Source: Azolla caroliniana
Lineage: Eukaryota; Plantae; Polypodiophyta
DNA: 64,000 nt
Assembly (NCBI GenBank): GCA_043228905.1
Contig: JBHGNT010000012.1
Span: forward strand, 9,672,001-9,736,000
Reading direction: 5' to 3'
A program made the position numbers and the translations under genes. The notes under the pieces were generated by a model. The model was not told the DNA's origin, searched no databases, and was given only the letters and a program-made list of their open reading frames with translations. Of the stretch, positions 12,060 to 25,552 are shown one piece after another (within the stretch, counting starts at the first letter, position 1; every line of letters begins with the position of its first letter).

Positions 12060-14105
12060 AATTTCATGTCGTTTCTATCTTCAACATTGGACCTATATCA
12101 TAAAATGTAACAACAAAAGCAAGAAATCTTAATATACGTGGAAGTAAATATTATCTTAATATACATGGAAGTAAAGAAATCAGAACATATATTTGGAATA
12201 CCGTAGGTTTATATTTGGTTTCTACTCTTTTCTCCTTTTCCTGTTAAAATAAAAAGCATAAATATTAAGTTACTTTAATATATATTATATATGTACATGT
12301 ATGCAAGTATATAATTCAAAACAGCTTATATATACATACCTGGATTTCATTTCCAAAAGAAAATCGTTGAAAACTTTACAATTGCTTTCATCTAACATAT
12401 AGTTATCACATTTTGCATTATATGTGAGGTTCGCTAATTCAATAATTGACTCAAAGTCAACCATTTTAATATATGTCAAATCATATGCAAATAATCTACT
12501 CCCCTTAATCTTCCTATACCAACCAAGTTGTAATTGAACATCTTCAAGTCTATCCATCAAGTCAATTCCTCTCTTATACTCCACAAATTTATTTCCAATC
12601 TTTCTTCGCATCCTTTGTACTTGTCCTAAGTACCAAACAACATTTTTATTTGATATTTCTTTTCTTTTCGGTCTTGTTGAATTAACATCTTCTTCAGTAA
12701 AGAATACAGCACAATCTGAACCAATCCCAATTAGGTTCCCATTTCCATTTAGGAAATCATTTGCATTCTCACATGAGTAGAAGACCCCTTCTCCTACACG
12801 TGTGAGTCTATCCTTTGACAATGTTGGATTACCATTTAGATGACTCACAAGTGTCGATTTAAATATAATCTTATCATCCACTTGAACAAATGAAGAGACT
12901 TTAGAGTTCACATTGTTGTCATGCAATATTGCATCCAATTCATGGCGAATTTCACTTATTGCAATCTCATCATCATTCTCCACACATTCATGCATTGTGA
13001 AGTTTTTATTGTGTTCAACACATTCTTCATCATCTTTCTCTCCATATATATAACTCAAGGATTGTTTTGTCTCAATCCCGGGGATAATTCCACCATTGCC
13101 CATTGTGTTTAGGCTTCATATTTAATGACTCACATAAAATTTGGGCTTCTTTTAAACCTTCTTTAAGTGCAAAAACAAGTTGATCATCATTTGAGATATC
13201 AATGTAGTCTTTTAAGTTTGCAAGAGGCTTGTCATGCATGAAATTGAGTTTAGACCATATTGATTCTTGCTTCTTATGAGCTCTTGGAAAAACCAATCCA
13301 TTATCAATGCACTCAAATTTGGCAAGCTTGTTTACATTTCCGCTACAATGCAAAACATCTTATATATCAAACGCACGTTGTCGTGAAGAATGTGCTTCAC
13401 GATATAAAAATGAGCTTAAATGTTATATTTAATAATATTTGAGAGACTTGAACCCACATCCTTATATAGGATGTACATACCACTAGGCTAGACTATTTAT
13501 TTGTAAAAGTGTGTAATAAATATGCTTCATGATATAAGAATGAAGCTATATATTGTATTAAGTAAAATTGAGGGACTTGAAACCTCAACCTTGTATACCA
13601 AGCACCAAGCATACACCACTAAGCTAGGTTAGTTATTTTAGAATGCATTTTCATCATTATACTTATCCCATATCTATTTTCATACATAGCCATCATTCAT
13701 CACATGCAATGCATGTGCGTCAAATGGCAATCATGCATTACATGTAACTCATGCATTGCATGCATGTCATGCTCCCATACATTACCATATGCATGGCAAC
13801 ACTTATATAAAGAGGGGCAAGGAAAACAAGAGGCAAAAGAGAGAGTGAGAAAATAATACAATCAAGTAAAGAAGACTAGCTCATTCGCTGGAGAACCTCT
13901 CGTTTCGAAGTTGAGGTCGTGGGTTCAAATCAAGGGTCGATAGAGAATGTGTTTAGTTTGTGATCAAGGATTGTAAAGTTGGTAAAATATTATTCTTTTA
14001 ATATACATTGAATGTTTATATCATATACTCTTGTTCCTTGAATCATACTTTGTCTCAATCTTCTTTCTTGAATCATACATTGTCTGTATCTTTTATCTAT
14101 GCTTG

Positions 14106-14136
<31 letters not shown>

Positions 14137-15212
14137 TTACTCGTAACTCTTCTTCTTACTATCCTTAACCATTCTATCATCACCATACAAGCCTTATTAC
14201 AAGTTAAGTTTCTTCAACTCCCCTTAACCTTAGTTCCCGCGACTTCGCCGCACGAACCACAACTACCTCGACAACGCTCCATACCAATCATTCCCCCTAT
14301 TTTACTAAAAAATATCTCATCTCCATCAGACCCTGTGAGATGCAATGGACATTCTAGTTGAGGATAAAAGTCACGAAACATTTTTATAAGTAAAACTACA
14401 AAGTGACAAGATATTTGTACATCCAAAATTGTTTCTCGACTAATGAAATTACTTTTTAAGTTATAAATTGGATTATCTAGAATCCATAATCTCCATATTT
14501 GAGCACTTCCAACGAAGACTTGATATAGGCCTCATCATCTACTTTAGATAAGTTTATTGATTCATCTTGTTGGCTTAACCCCTTTCGAGCATAATATCGT
14601 TTTTCATGACATTGGCTCTTAATATGACTTCTAAAAAAATTATTAAGACACACATTTGCTACTTTTGCTTCTGTAGAACCAGCACCATAGGGTTCTCCAC
14701 ACTCATTGTACCATAATCTTATGATTGTTTTTCCACAAAAATCCTCAACCTTCAACTGAAATTTATCATCTCGAGGATTTGTAGCATTGCTTAATTTTAC
14801 ACGTATCCTATTACATTCTATCATCCGTTTACCTAAAACATCTCTAGGAATCTTATCCTTGATTGTTTCAATTGGAGATGTATCTTTAAAATTGTCCTCA
14901 GCTTAACTCAACAATGAACCCTCAACATTAGTGCATGATTCTTTTGAAGAGACTCTTTGTTGTTTACCAATACTAGGCTTGATATAGACTTTATTTTATT
15001 TTAAACGCCATTTCTCTTCTTGTTTCCTATTCAAAATATTATTTTTTGTGTAAACAAAGGAAAATGGTTCGTAAAATATATTGTCCTCAATTATTTCCAC
15101 CCGAATCTTTGCATATGTAAGAGTTCCTCTCACACTTACAATGCCCAAAGGTTTATCTTCATCATCCCTCTCGTGTTCAAACATTTCAATGATAGATTCT
15201 TCATCCATTATC
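12060..15212 (-). pseudogene. Intron-containing transposase remnant with a P-superfamily-like C-terminal catalytic motif
   Basis: Pieces 14996..15208, 14477..14824, 14274..14426 (TGSDGDEIFFSKIGG), 13072..13377 and 12340..13103. GT-AG sites near 15212, 12339, 12242 and 12203. The central DD region appears deleted. Confidence 0.6.
13379..14273 (+). mobile_element. Solo LTR (TGTCG...CGACA family) inserted in the transposase
   Basis: Inverted ends TGTCG/CGACA with flanks ACGT/ACGC. Excision restores GMERAFDI in frame. Terminal hairpin CGTGAAG-AATGTG-CTTCACG. Confidence 0.8.
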
Positions 15213-15259
15213 TACACATAGAATGGCCCACCTATCACTTTTCATATAACCATACATCA

Positions 15260-15705
15260 TATATATGTGTTTATGTGTGCATTGTGAATGTGGTATGCAT
15301 GTGTGATGTGTGTGTATGTATGATCCATGCATCATATATGTTCATATGTGGTATGCATCTGTGTTGTGTGTTATGTTTGTGTGTGTATATGTATGTTCCA
15401 TACATCATATATATGTTTGTATGTGGTATGCATGTGTGTTGTGTGTTATGTTTTTGTGTGTGTATGTATGTTCCATACATCATATATGTTTGTATGTGGT
15501 ATGCATGTGTGTTGTGTGTTATGTTTGTGTGTGTGTATGTATGCATGTGTATATGTGCGTTATGTTTGTTTGTTTGTTTGTGTGTGTGTGTGTGTGTGTG
15601 TACATATTGTGTTATGTGTGTATATGCGTATGTATGTATGTGTTATATGTGTATATAGGTATGTGTGTATGTATGTACATATTGTATTTTATTTTATTTT
15701 ATTGC

Positions 15706-15748
<43 letters not shown>

Positions 15749-16090
15749 ATATCGTGTTATGTGGGTATGTGTGTATGTGTGTATGTATGTATGTATGCAT
15801 TATATGTGTATATAGGTATTGTATGGATTGTATGCATGTGTGTATAGGTATGTGTGTATTATGTACATATTGTATGTATGTATGTGTGCATTATATGTGT
15901 ATATAGGTATTGTATGGATTGTATGCATGTGTGTATAGGTAGGTATGTGTGTATTATGTACAGATTGTATTGCATTTTATTTAATTGCATTTATTGTATG
16001 TATTTCATGTGTGTGTTGTGTGTTATGTTTGTGTGTGTGTATGTATGTTCCATACAACATATATATGTGTCCATATGTGTATATATATTC

Positions 16091-16133
<43 letters not shown>

Positions 16134-16356
16134 ATGTATGTATGTGTGCACATATTGTATTGTATGTATGTGTTATATGTGTAAATGTGTATGTATGTAA
16201 GTGTATATATGTGTATATAGGTATGTGTGTATGTATGTTCCATACAACATATATGTGTTTCATGTGTATTTCATGTGTGTGTTGTGTGTTATGTTTGTGT
16301 GTGTGTATGTATGTTTCATACAACATATATATGTGTCCATATGTGTATATATATTC

Positions 16357-16401
<45 letters not shown>

Positions 16402-19400
16402 ATGTATGTATGTGTGCACATATTGTATTGTATGTATGTGTTATATGTGTAAATGTGTATGTATGTAAGTGTATATATGTGTATATAGGTATGTGTGTAT
16501 GTATGTTCCATACAACATATATGTGTGTACATGTGTGTATGTATATTCTACACATGTGTGTGTGTGTGTGTGTGTGTTTATGTATGTATTGTTTGTATTC
16601 CATGTGTATGTATGTATGTGTTATATGTGTAAATGTGTATGTATGTGTATATATGTACATATTGTATTGTAATGTATTAATTTCGTTTATTGTATGTATG
16701 GCCCGTGTGTGTGTGTGTGTGGCAGCCCCAACAGAGAATAATGGTGAGCAAAAGCGGCACGACAAGGCGAGCGGTGGCGGCAAAACGACGACAAAAAGAA
16801 GGGGAGAAGAAGCAATCGCAAAAATGAGCAGAAGAAGAGGAGGGAGCAAAGGAGGAGGGAGCAAATATCTAAATAAAAAAACATGAATGTTTGAATGTAT
16901 GTTTTGTATGAATGTATGTTATGTATGTATGTGCACATAATGTATGCATGCATGAATGAATGAATGAATATATATATATATATGTAATGTATGCATAAAA
17001 TATGTATACTTCAATGAATAAACATGAAAGAATGAATATATGAATGTACATATGTAATATGTAATGTATGTATATTTGTATGTGTGTGTGTGTGTGTGTG
17101 GATATTTGTTTGTAATATGTATGTATGTGTATGTACATGTAGCAATGTATAAAAGACTGTATGTATGTGTATGCATATATGCATATGCAAATGTACATGA
17201 TTCAATGTGTATGGATGTGTGATTGTAATATGTGCATAATATCTATGTATATATATGTGTATGTATATGTAGCAATGTATAAATGAATATATGTATGTCC
17301 ATGTACGAATGTACATATGTGTATGCATATATCCATATGTAATGTGTGTGTATGTATAGAAGACTATATGTAGGTGTATATATATATATATATATACGTA
17401 TGTGTGTATATATCTAATATATGGATGTACGTACGTATGTGTAAGTACATGTAGCAATGTATAAAAGACTATATGTATGTCCATGTACGAATGTACATAT
17501 GTGTATGCATATATCCATATGTAATGTGTGTGTATGTATAGAAGACTATATGTAGGTGTATATATATATATACGTATGTGTGTATATATCTAATATATGT
17601 ATGTACGTACGTATGTGTAAGTACATGTAGCAATGTATAAAATACTATATGTATGTCCATGTACGAATGTATATATGTGTATGCATATATGCATATGTCA
17701 TGTATGTATGTATGTGTATGCATACATGCATATGCAAATGTACATGATTCAATGTGTATTGATGTGTGATTGTAATATATGCATAATATCTATGTAGATA
17801 TCTGATGTATATATGTGTATGTATGTGTAGCAATGTATAAATGAAGATATGTATGTCCATATACGAATGTACATATGTGTATGCATATATCCATATCTAA
17901 TGTATGTATGTATACATACACGTATGTATGTATGTGTATGCATATATCCATATGACAATGTACATGATTCAATGTGTATGGATGTGTGATTGTAATATTT
18001 ATGTATATATCTAATTTATGTATATGTAGACAGTAGCAATATATAAATGAATATAGGTATGTCCATGTATGAATGTACATATGTGTATGCATATATATGA
18101 CAATGTACATGATTCAATGTATATGAATGTGATTGTAATATATGCATATGCAATGTATGTATGTACACGCATGAATGTACATGTATGCATGTACATATGT
18201 ATGTATATATATGTAATATGCAATACATGTATGTTTGTATGTGTAATAGTGTACTATGCATACATGAGTGTGTTCATAATATTTATGTATGTGTAAGTAT
18301 ACATGTATGTATTGTAGTCTATGATGAAATGTATGTATGTATGTGTATGTAACATATTTATGTGTATGCATGTATGTAATGTATGTATATATGTATGTGT
18401 ATGGATGTATGTTTGTAAAACTTTTAACATTGTAGGCATATGTACATATATATATGGTGTTATGTGGAATATGTATATACATATGTAATGTATGTATATG
18501 TATGCATATATGTATATGTCAATATACATGATTTAATGAGTATGAATATGTTTGTAATATGTGCATATATATCTAATGTATGTATGTGTGTGTGTGTATG
18601 TGGTCATATATATGTAAATGTATGAATGTATGTATGTGTATATATGTAATGTATTTATGTATGTATATTTTTGGGATATTTTCATGTTTAGTACATATGT
18701 ATATGGATGTATGTTTGTAATATGTACGTAATATGCATGTATATATCCAATGTATGTGTAAGTATACATATATCTAATGTGTGTGTGTGTGTGTGTGTGT
18801 ATGTAAGTATTGTGGTTTGTATGGTCTAGTATGATCTATACATATGGTGATATGTAGAATAAGTATGTACATATGTAATATATCTATGTATGTATATATG
18901 TAATTTATGCATGTGTAAATTTGTATATTGTGTAATAGGTATGGATTATGTGCTATGTAATATCTAATTTATTTATGTGTAAGTATACATATATCTAATG
19001 TGTGTGTGTGTGTAGTATGTATATATATAAGTATTGTGGTTTGTATGGTCCAATATAATCTATACATATATATATGGTGATATGTGGAATATGTATGTAC
19101 ATATGTAATATGTACATATATCTATGTATGTATCTATATATGTATATATGTAATTTATGTATGTGTAAATTTGAGTATTGTGTAATATATGCTATGTAAT
19201 ATCTAATTTATTCATGTGTGTGCACGTGTATATATATGTAACTTGTTTGTAAGTATGAAGATTTGTATATATATAGTATGTAATCTTAGCCTTTAGGTAT
19301 TAATATGTATGTGTATGTGTATACATATATATAATATGTAATTTATTTTTGTGTGTTTTGTATGTATATATGCATTTGTGTATGTATATATGTATGTAAT

Positions 19401-20070
19401 ATGTAATTTTATTGTATGTATTATGTACATATTTACATATGGTAATATATATTTGTACATATATTTATGTTTAGTTAATATGTATGTATATACATATTCA
19501 TGGATGTAGGTATATATGAATGTGTGATGTGTGATATATGAATGTAGCCTGTAGGTATATATGCATGTATATGATATGCATGTGTGATGTGTGTTATGCT
19601 TGTGTGTGTATGTATGTACATATTGTATTGTATTGTATGTATGGAATGTGTGTATGTGTATATAATATATATATATATATATTATTATATATAATATGTT
19701 TTTTTTTTTTTGTGTTTGGTTTGTATATTTGCATTTGTATATAATTGTGTGTATAATAATTAATGTGTGTAATATGTAATATATAAAATATGTTTGTAAG
19801 GAAGTGTATGTATAAATGTAATATGTAATTTTTATGTATGTATGTCAATATATATGGCCAATTCTAATATGTATGTAGTATGTAATGCATGTATGTATGT
19901 GTATGTACATATTTACATATGGTAATATATATTTATGTTTAGTCAGCATGCATGTATAAATGGGTGTAATGTATGTATGTATATACATATTCATGGATGT
20001 AATGTTTGAATGTAGGTATGTATATATGGATGCATGCATGTATATGTATGTATGTATGTATGTATGCCAC
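15260..20070. repeat. About 4.8-kb compound (TG/TA/ATGT)n microsatellite tract with local 190-270-bp duplications
   Basis: Alternating purine-pyrimidine low-complexity DNA; all ORFs here are C/V/Y/M or H/T/I/Y artefacts. Confidence 0.95.
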
Positions 20071-20309
20071 TTCAAATTTGAGTATTGTTTGCATAATATA
20101 TTCTTTACTATCTCATTGAAATATCTAATATTTCATGGGCTTATGTAAATTTTTTTTCAGCATAATTGATAATACCCTTATGTAAAAATATTTTCAAATC
20201 TTTATTAATACCCTTATGTATATATAATTTTGTATCTCATTGATTAATTAAAACCCCTTTTGATGAACTCACGTGCTATCATACAAGTTTTGACAGTGAA
20301 GTCCCAGGG

Positions 20310-21690
20310 TTCCCGAAGCGAAAATTCTACCCGGCTATTGAGGATTCTCTCCTCGAACACCTTTTTCAAGTCCGTTTGTTGTTCGATGTCCAAGGTGAGC
20401 TTGATTGCCGGAATCGTCGTTTCTTTTCCCTTCCCTCCGGAGTTCCAGCTTTCTGGTGTCTTCGATTTTCCGGCCGCATCATCCGTGCACCGTCGTTTCT
20501 CGTTTATATACACTCCCATCCCGTAGCTTCACGCATGCCTTCCGCGGTGCTTGGGATCTCATTGGAGTCGGTTTTCTCGGGGTTTTCTAGCACATCCGGC
20601 CAAAAAGACGCCTTTGCTCCCGATGACTCACCCACACTTATTCCCACGGTTGTTACATAATTACCTTTCGCCGCAATTTCCTCCTCTAGGACCTTCATGC
20701 CGCCTTTCTGGAAATTCGGTCGGAGTGGCTTCCAAGAGTCCATTGAATAAATCTGATTTCCCTCGTAGTAGATAAGATCTCGTCGTAACGCCTCCTTGTG
20801 GTTGTCGCAATCCCTCCGATCATGTTCGGGGCTATCGCACCATATACACCGACGGTCCATATACTTGGAACTTGTGGGACGGTCATCCAACTTCTTCACC
20901 GTCGTGATTTTTAGATTTTCCATCTCCTTCAGCAACTGCTCCACCGTGGTTGCATCGATTCCCTTCTCGGTCGTAGTCTCCCGAGCCCGCGTTGATGGTC
21001 TTCCAATCCGGATCTCGGTTTCGGAATCGGTTCCGAAACCCTCTTTTCTTTGTTAGCAAGCCATTGCCCCCTCTTTGTGTATCGTGCGACAATATCTCAC
21101 ACGTTATCCCATGTATCGGTGAGGCCACTCTCGGTGGTCGTGTCCTCTAGAAGCACTCCAAGGTCTTTCCGGTCCCGGACGTCCACGGCTCGTAGGAACA
21201 TGATCACTTTGTCCGGTGCGAGGATAGCTTCATCTCTCGCGGACAACCTCCCGAACCAACTTTTGAATGCCGAAAACACATTGAGGACCTTCATACCCTT
21301 GTCTGGCATTTCCACCCAATCTTCGAATCCTCTCCTCGTTGCCTTGGAGGAATCCTCGATGGCAAACGTGGTCTTTAGGGCCTCTTCAAATGCTTCCCGT
21401 GTCAGATTTTGTTGTCATATCCCGTGGATACTCCCTTCAAGACCGTCGGTCGCCACCCGGTTGAAGGATGTCACTTGTAATCCATCCGAAATTCCGCACC
21501 GTAGCATTTCCATCTTGTAATCTCGCAAATACCACGACACATCTTTCCCATTGAATTTTTCGTTCCGTTGCATGAGCAACTCTACTGCCGCCGCAATCTC
21601 CGACATCGCGCGTGGTTCTTGTAGCATCCACTTAAACATCGCCATCATGTTGTTAGAGTCTACTTGAATTTCCATCTCCTTGCCACCCGG
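20310..21690 (-). pseudogene. Gypsy gag of copy A
   Basis: EKFNGKDVSWYLRDY, zinc knuckle CIWCDSPEHDRRDC; near-duplicate of 23500-25530. Confidence 0.85.
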
Positions 21691-21691
21691 T

Positions 21692-21709
21692 TTCACATCG
21701 GGTTCACCA
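21692..21709 (-). other. Primer binding site, tRNA-Trp (1 mismatch)
   Basis: TGGTGAACCCGATGTGAA, 4 nt inside the LTR remnant. Confidence 0.75.
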
Positions 21710-23869
21710 CTCGTGCCATGCCTTTCGGCTCCGGATCGTTGCGTGAGTCGGGTGGGAACAACTAAGGTTTTGGGACTAGGAGAAAGAAGAATATGAGATA
21801 CCAAGTTCGTTGTGCCTTGTGGTAGTGTGCACAGACGGACTAATCCTATCGGTGTTTGCATGGTAGTGATGTCTCGGCTCTCCATGGCTATTTGGAATTG
21901 GTCATACCCGGAGTATAGGTCTCCGATGGAGTATATCGCGCGTCTGGCAAATGCTTCCACAAATTCTTCCTCTATTGGACCGATTCCGGAGTTACGGATC
22001 TTGACCTTGTTCACCGGTTGCAAGTCTTGAATAAACTGGAGCGACCCATTCATCTTCGGAACCGTAAACCATCGATTTGAGTACGGAGCGTTTGATGGCT
22101 CTAGAATCCCCATCGCCACCTTCTCCTTAAGCAAGTTGATGACTTTCGGAATATGTGCCCATGGCACCGGAATCGGCTTCAAGTTCCACGACACATGATC
22201 AATCGTGAAGATCACCATCGGCCCCACTATCTTCGGATCAACGCACCCTATCTCCTTTGATGTGAATGCAAATGCTTTTCCATGTTGTTCCAACATCTTA
22301 TGAAACCATTCTTCTTCTTTTTGTAAGAGGAAACCGACTCCACCGATCCGAAGTTTTTCTCGGGTCTCATCTTTGAAGGCATGTCCGATATCCACAGACT
22401 TTCGAAGTGTCGTATCTCCCAAGACTTCTTTCCTCTTTTGTTCGCTATCGATGGGTAGCGAGCTTGCGGTAGGTTTCACTTTCTTCTCCACGGTCTTGTA
22501 TTTCGTACTTACCATTGCTTCTTCTTTGCGGAGCGCATCCGACCCCATTTTAGCAATGATCTCGTACTTCTCGACTGATTCCACGGGAACTACCCGGTCT
22601 CCCTAGCTATTTTCTTTCACAAGCTCTTCAAGCCGTTGTAGCGTGCTCCCATAGAACACTTCTTCGACTATTCCCACGATTTATTTGTCTTCTTTTATTA
22701 TTGATGTCGATCGTAACTCATCCTCTACTTTTCGGTATTCTTTCTTGATTCCTCCTGTTACGACCGTGTACGTAGATGCCCTATCCGGACCGATTCGTAC
22801 TTGTTTTGCTCCGAGAGTTTTCTTCCTATGTGGGGTATCAAGGCTTCTTGGACTATCACTTCCCCACTCCGCAACAGTCCGCTCTAAAAATCCATCTTTG
22901 TTTGGGACAAGAGCTCCCTCTTGTTCCTTTCATGATTCGCGGGCACAATTAGGAATTGGACGGACTTCCCTTCGCTTTGACTCCGAATTTGTGCGAAAGG
23001 CGCACCTCTATCGAGCACCTTCGTCTCCGTCTGTGATGCCATGATAAAGGGTTGCTCGAGGATCACGGAGTGTGAGACCTCATCTTGCATGAAGAAATTT
23101 TGGTCTATCTCCACATCTCCGATCTTCACCCTCACATCCGGACAAGCCGCAAATCGGCCTTTTGTTGCTTTAGTGGATGCCCGGATCTTCCATCCATGGT
23201 TAGTGTTAATAGGCCACTTCCCCTTCCGGTAGAAATCCTTGGACATCAAGTTGATCTCTAATCCATGATTAATCAATGCTAGCACAGGCACTTTGATGTT
23301 GCCGATTCGGACCGGAGTCTCCGTAGTTGCATGTACCCAATGTGTCCTTGTGTAGTGGGATTCGGAATTTCGTCCTCCAATTCGGTGTCATTCATTAAAA
23401 CGGTATTTGCATTCACCCTTGGAGCATTTTCCTCCGTACTTTGTCTTTTTCTCTTCACGAGATCCACAAGGAGATCGTGGAACTCCTTTTTTGCTATTTC
23501 GAGTAATTCCTAGAACGAAAATTCTACCTGGCTATTGAGGATTCTCTCCTCGAACACCTTTTTCAAGTCCGTTTGTTGTTCGATGTCCGAGGCGAGCTTG
23601 AATGCCGGAGTCGTCGTTTCTTTTCCCTTCCCTCCGGAGTTCCAACTTTCTGGTGTCTTCGATGGTCCGAACGCATCATTTGTGCACCGTCGTTTCTCGT
23701 CTATATACAGTTCATGCAATTGACATAAGGCTTACACACTATTCTTATTGACAGGGTACTCCCATCCCGTAGCTTTACGAATGCCTTCCGCGGTGCTTCG
23801 GAGTTTTCTCGGGGTTTTCTAGCACATCCGGCCAAAAAGACGCCTTTGCTCCCGATGACTCACCCACAC

Positions 23870-24478
23870 TGACGTGGAATACGCGGATTAATCTCCGGCC
23901 ACAACCGAAGCGTAGATCACTTGATGACAATCGAAACACATACGAAATGGGAATGGAGGTAAGTCGACAAAACAGAAAGAGAATACACAGGATATTAACG
24001 TGGAAAACCCTGAGAGGGAAAAACCACGGGAGTCCACAGAATCCAAACTATCACTCTGTAAAGTAATACAACAGGGAGCACAGAGGCAACGACCTCTTGC
24101 TCACAATCTTCGCCTCGTGGTGGTTACAACAGAGAGACAATCTCTGTATGTTGCTCTCTCTCTCTCTCTCTCTCTTACGCATTGTACAGAGGTTACACAA
24201 ATCACTCTATCATCCTCACTATTAAGTTTGCCCTAGGTCATATTTATACTAATATGACTTTCGGGCTATTTACAAATATAGCCCTAGTGGGCTCTCTGGA
24301 ACATATTTACATATATGTCCCTTCCATCTGATGAGAGGCTCTCACCGGGTCTTTCGTTGCCGGGTACTCGTCATCCGGTTCTCACCGGGTCTTCCCTTGC
24401 CGGGTACTCCACATCCGGATTCGGCCTCACCAACACTGTTCTTCTCACTTCCCATCCGGAGGGACTTGTTTCCTAACA
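23870..24478. mobile_element. Solo LTR related to the Copia 47337-52783 family
   Basis: TG...CA with CACAC TSD (23865-23869, 24479-24483); interrupts gag. Confidence 0.9.
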
Positions 24479-25530
24479 CACACTTATTCCTACGGTTGTC
24501 GCATATTTACCTTTCGCCGCAATTTCCTCCTCTAGGACCTTCTTCATGCCGCCTTTCCGGAAGTTCGGTCGGAGTGGCTTCCAAGAGTCCATTGAATGAA
24601 TCTGATTTCCCTCGTAGTAGATAAGATCTCGTCGTAACGCCTCCTTGTGGTCGTCGCAATCCCTCTGATCATGTTCGGTGCTATCACACCATATACACCG
24701 ACGGTCCATATACTTGGAACTTTTGGGATGGTCATCCAACTTCTTCACCATCGTGATTTTTAGATTCAGCAACTGCTCCACCGTGGTTGCGTCGATTCCC
24801 CTTCTCAGTCGTAGTATCCCAAGCCCGCGGTTGATGGTCTTCCAATCCGGATCTCGGTTTCGGAATCAGTTCTGAAACCCTCTTTTCTTCATTAGCAAGC
24901 CATTGCCCCCTCTTTGTGTACCGTCCGACAATATCTCACACGTTATCCCATGTATCGGTGAGGTCACTCTCGGTGGTCCTGTCCTCTAGAAGCACTCCAA
25001 GGTCTTTCCGGTCCCAGACGTCCACGGCTCATACGAACATGATCACTTTGTCCGGTGCGAGGATAGTTTCACCTCTCACGGACAACCTCCCAAACCGACT
25101 TTTGAATGCTGAAAACACATTGAGGATCTTCATCCTCTTGTCTGGCATTTCCACCCAATCTTCGAGTCCTCTCCTCATTGCCTAGGAGGAGTCCTTGATG
25201 GCAAACGTGGTCTTTAGGGCCTCTTCAAATGCTTCCCGTGTCAGATTTTGTTGTCATATCCCGTGGATACTCCATTCAAGACCGTCGGTCGCCACCCGGT
25301 TGAAGGATGTCACTTGTAATCCATCCGAAATTCCGCACCGTAGCATTTCCATCTTGTAATCTCGCAAATACCACGACACATCTTTCCCATTGAATTTTTC
25401 GTTCCGTTGCATGAGCAACTCTACTGCCGCCGCAATCTCTGACATCGCGCGTGGTTCTTGTAGCATCCACTTAAACATCGCCATCATGTTGTTAGAGTCT
25501 ACTTGAATTTCCATCTCCTTGCCACCCGAT

Positions 25531-25548
25531 TTCACGTCGGGTTCACCA
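25531..25548 (-). other. Primer binding site, tRNA-Trp
   Basis: TGGTGAACCCGACGTGAA is the complement of the 3' 18 nt of plant cytosolic tRNA-Trp(CCA) as I recall it (...TTCACGTCGGGTTCA-CCA). Confidence 0.8.
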
Positions 25549-25552
25549 CTCG

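Larger units (their letters stand above)
11209..20309 (-). mobile_element. 9.1-kb TIR DNA transposon with 8-bp TSD, P-element-like
   Basis: TSD TTCCCGAA (11201-11208, 20310-20317). Imperfect TIRs CCCGGGGACTCCACT / CCCTGGGACTTCACT. Removing it restores the Gypsy sequence seen uninterrupted near 23500. Subterminal ATACCC(C)TTA motifs at both ends. Confidence 0.85.
6077..21800 (-). mobile_element. Ty3/Gypsy LTR retrotransposon copy A (tRNA-Trp primed), decayed, with nested insertions
   Basis: Order on the minus strand: 5' LTR remnant 21714-21800, PBS 21692-21709, gag, PR (LIDHGSEINL), RT (MPFLDD), RNase H, integrase, 3' LTR 6077-6573. Confidence 0.85.

Noticed and set aside
15260-20070. Numerous Cys/Val/Tyr- or His/Thr-rich ORFs
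   Set aside because: Translation artefacts of TG/TA microsatellite
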